64,000 nt of DNA from Candidatus Cloacimonadales bacterium. Its GTDB lineage: Bacteria > Cloacimonadota > Cloacimonadia > Cloacimonadales > DAONDQ01. Both the position numbers and the translations under genes were made by a program. Positions within the stretch are counted from its first letter, which is position 1, and each line of letters starts with the position of its first letter. The notes under the pieces are model-generated. The model made no database searches and was not told where the DNA came from. It saw only the letters and a list, made by a program, of their open reading frames with translations. Shown in pieces: positions 63,027 through 64,000 of the stretch. Location of the stretch: the NCBI GenBank assembly GCA_963662275.1, contig OY759316.1, positions 224,001 to 288,000 on the forward strand, in the 5' to 3' direction.

Positions 63027-63998
63027 TTATTTCATTAAGATCATTTTACATGTTTCAGATAGATTTAGCGTCTGCATTTTGCAGAAATATACACCACTGC
63101 CTACATTTTGTCCCAAATCATCAGTACCGTTCCATTGAACAGTCTGTTTTCCTCTCTTCTGTATGCTATTAATCAAGGTTCTGACTTTCTGACCTTTGAT
63201 ATTATAGATTTCAATATTTACTTTCCCATCCTGCTTCAACTGATAGCTGATTGTTGTGGAAGGGTTGAAAGGATTGGGATAATTCCCGTTCAAGCGATCT
63301 GCCATAATCGGGATAACTATTGGATCATCAATTCCAGTACCTGTCAGGGTGACCTTTACATCATCCAGCAGGAGAATGAACTGAAGGGGGTCGCTATAGG
63401 CATGGAAACCTACAAAATAGACACCGTCAACAGGTGCTGAAAGTGTATTTTCAAAATGAGTGTAGGTTTCAGTAGTGATTGATGCATTATCGAATAAAGA
63501 AGCTAACATGGAATTAGAGTTAGGCATAGTACCCCATTTTACTTCCATTTTTTCCACACATGGATCACCGGGGAATGGTATCGATTTGTACCAAAAATCC
63601 AGTTTATACGTATGACCACCAATCATCTGCAAGGGAGGTGTATACAGCCAATCATTGTGAGACGAGAGAAAACTGAATCCCATGTGCATTGCCTTTGTCC
63701 CAGTATGAGCATTCACGGAACTGGTGCTATTGGCAATACCTGACCAGAATACGCTGTCATTATTCAAATTCTGCAGTTCCCACCCTTGAGGATATCCACC
63801 AACTTCTGTTGATTCAAACCCTTCATTCAAGGTGGTTGTTGCTGATAATACAACCGTTGGATTAGGCTGAGTTGTGAAACTCCAGGTAGAGCAATTGACC
63901 GCATTACCGGAAGCGTTATACGGTACTATCTTCCAATAATATTGTGTGTTGTAATTTAATGCTATCTGAAGTGTATCGACTTCAACTAATCCTAAATC
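63027..63998 (-). CDS. Secreted protein with FN3-like, cleaved-adhesin-like and CTD domains (5'-partial)
   Basis: Frame is open to the window edge (YYWKIVPYN...WSFTT); EGFES...DWLYTP...LDDV; CTD NYPNPFNP...KMILMK. Confidence 0.85.
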   Translation of the reverse strand, partial: DLGLVEVDTLQIALNYNTQYYWKIVPYNASGNAVNCSTWSFTTQPNPTVVLSATTTLNEGFESTEVGGYPQGWELQNLNNDSVFWSGIANSTSSVNAHTGTKAMHMGFSFLSSHNDWLYTPPLQMIGGHTYKLDFWYKSIPFPGDPCVEKMEVKWGTMPNSNSMLASLFDNASITTETYTHFENTLSAPVDGVYFVGFHAYSDPLQFILLLDDVKVTLTGTGIDDPIVIPIMADRLNGNYPNPFNPSTTISYQLKQDGKVNIEIYNIKGQKVRTLINSIQKRGKQTVQWNGTDDLGQNVGSGVYFCKMQTLNLSETCKMILMK

Positions 63999-64000
63999 TA

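Overview
AT-rich bacterial chromosome window. The lineage is probably Cloacimonadota or another FCB-group bacterium; this is inferred from many secreted proteins with FlgD-Ig/T9SS-type C-terminal domains (CTD), C25 peptidases and a PorV-like barrel. Bases 1-14.8 kb hold housekeeping genes: dapA, an M16C peptidase, rsgA, nadK, recN, nfeD, an SPFH protein, eno and hppA. The middle of the window is a ~12.7-kb direct duplication (12576-27230 and 36265-48997). The copies look identical by eye, except for block-wise divergent segments in two secreted beta-helix CTD proteins, an IS present only in copy 1 (clean 8-bp TSD) and one unit of a palindromic repeat array. Between the copies is a 9-kb unique, largely AT-richer block. 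It encodes a 5'-truncated CTD cargo, a PorV-family barrel, an ExbB/MotA-like channel with a long heptad tail (ZorA-like architecture), an ExbD/MotB-like partner, an anchored protein and a PLD-family enzyme. This block is the best candidate for an undescribed system. The right end has two giant C25 gingipain-like paralogs (catalytic His replaced by Tyr, FYRV-type C-terminus; one has a 297-bp repeat expansion) and a partial CTD protein. Several REP-like palindromes lie in intergenic regions. I recognised no rRNA, tRNA, CRISPR array or reverse transcriptase. All family calls come from motif recognition by eye, not database searches.
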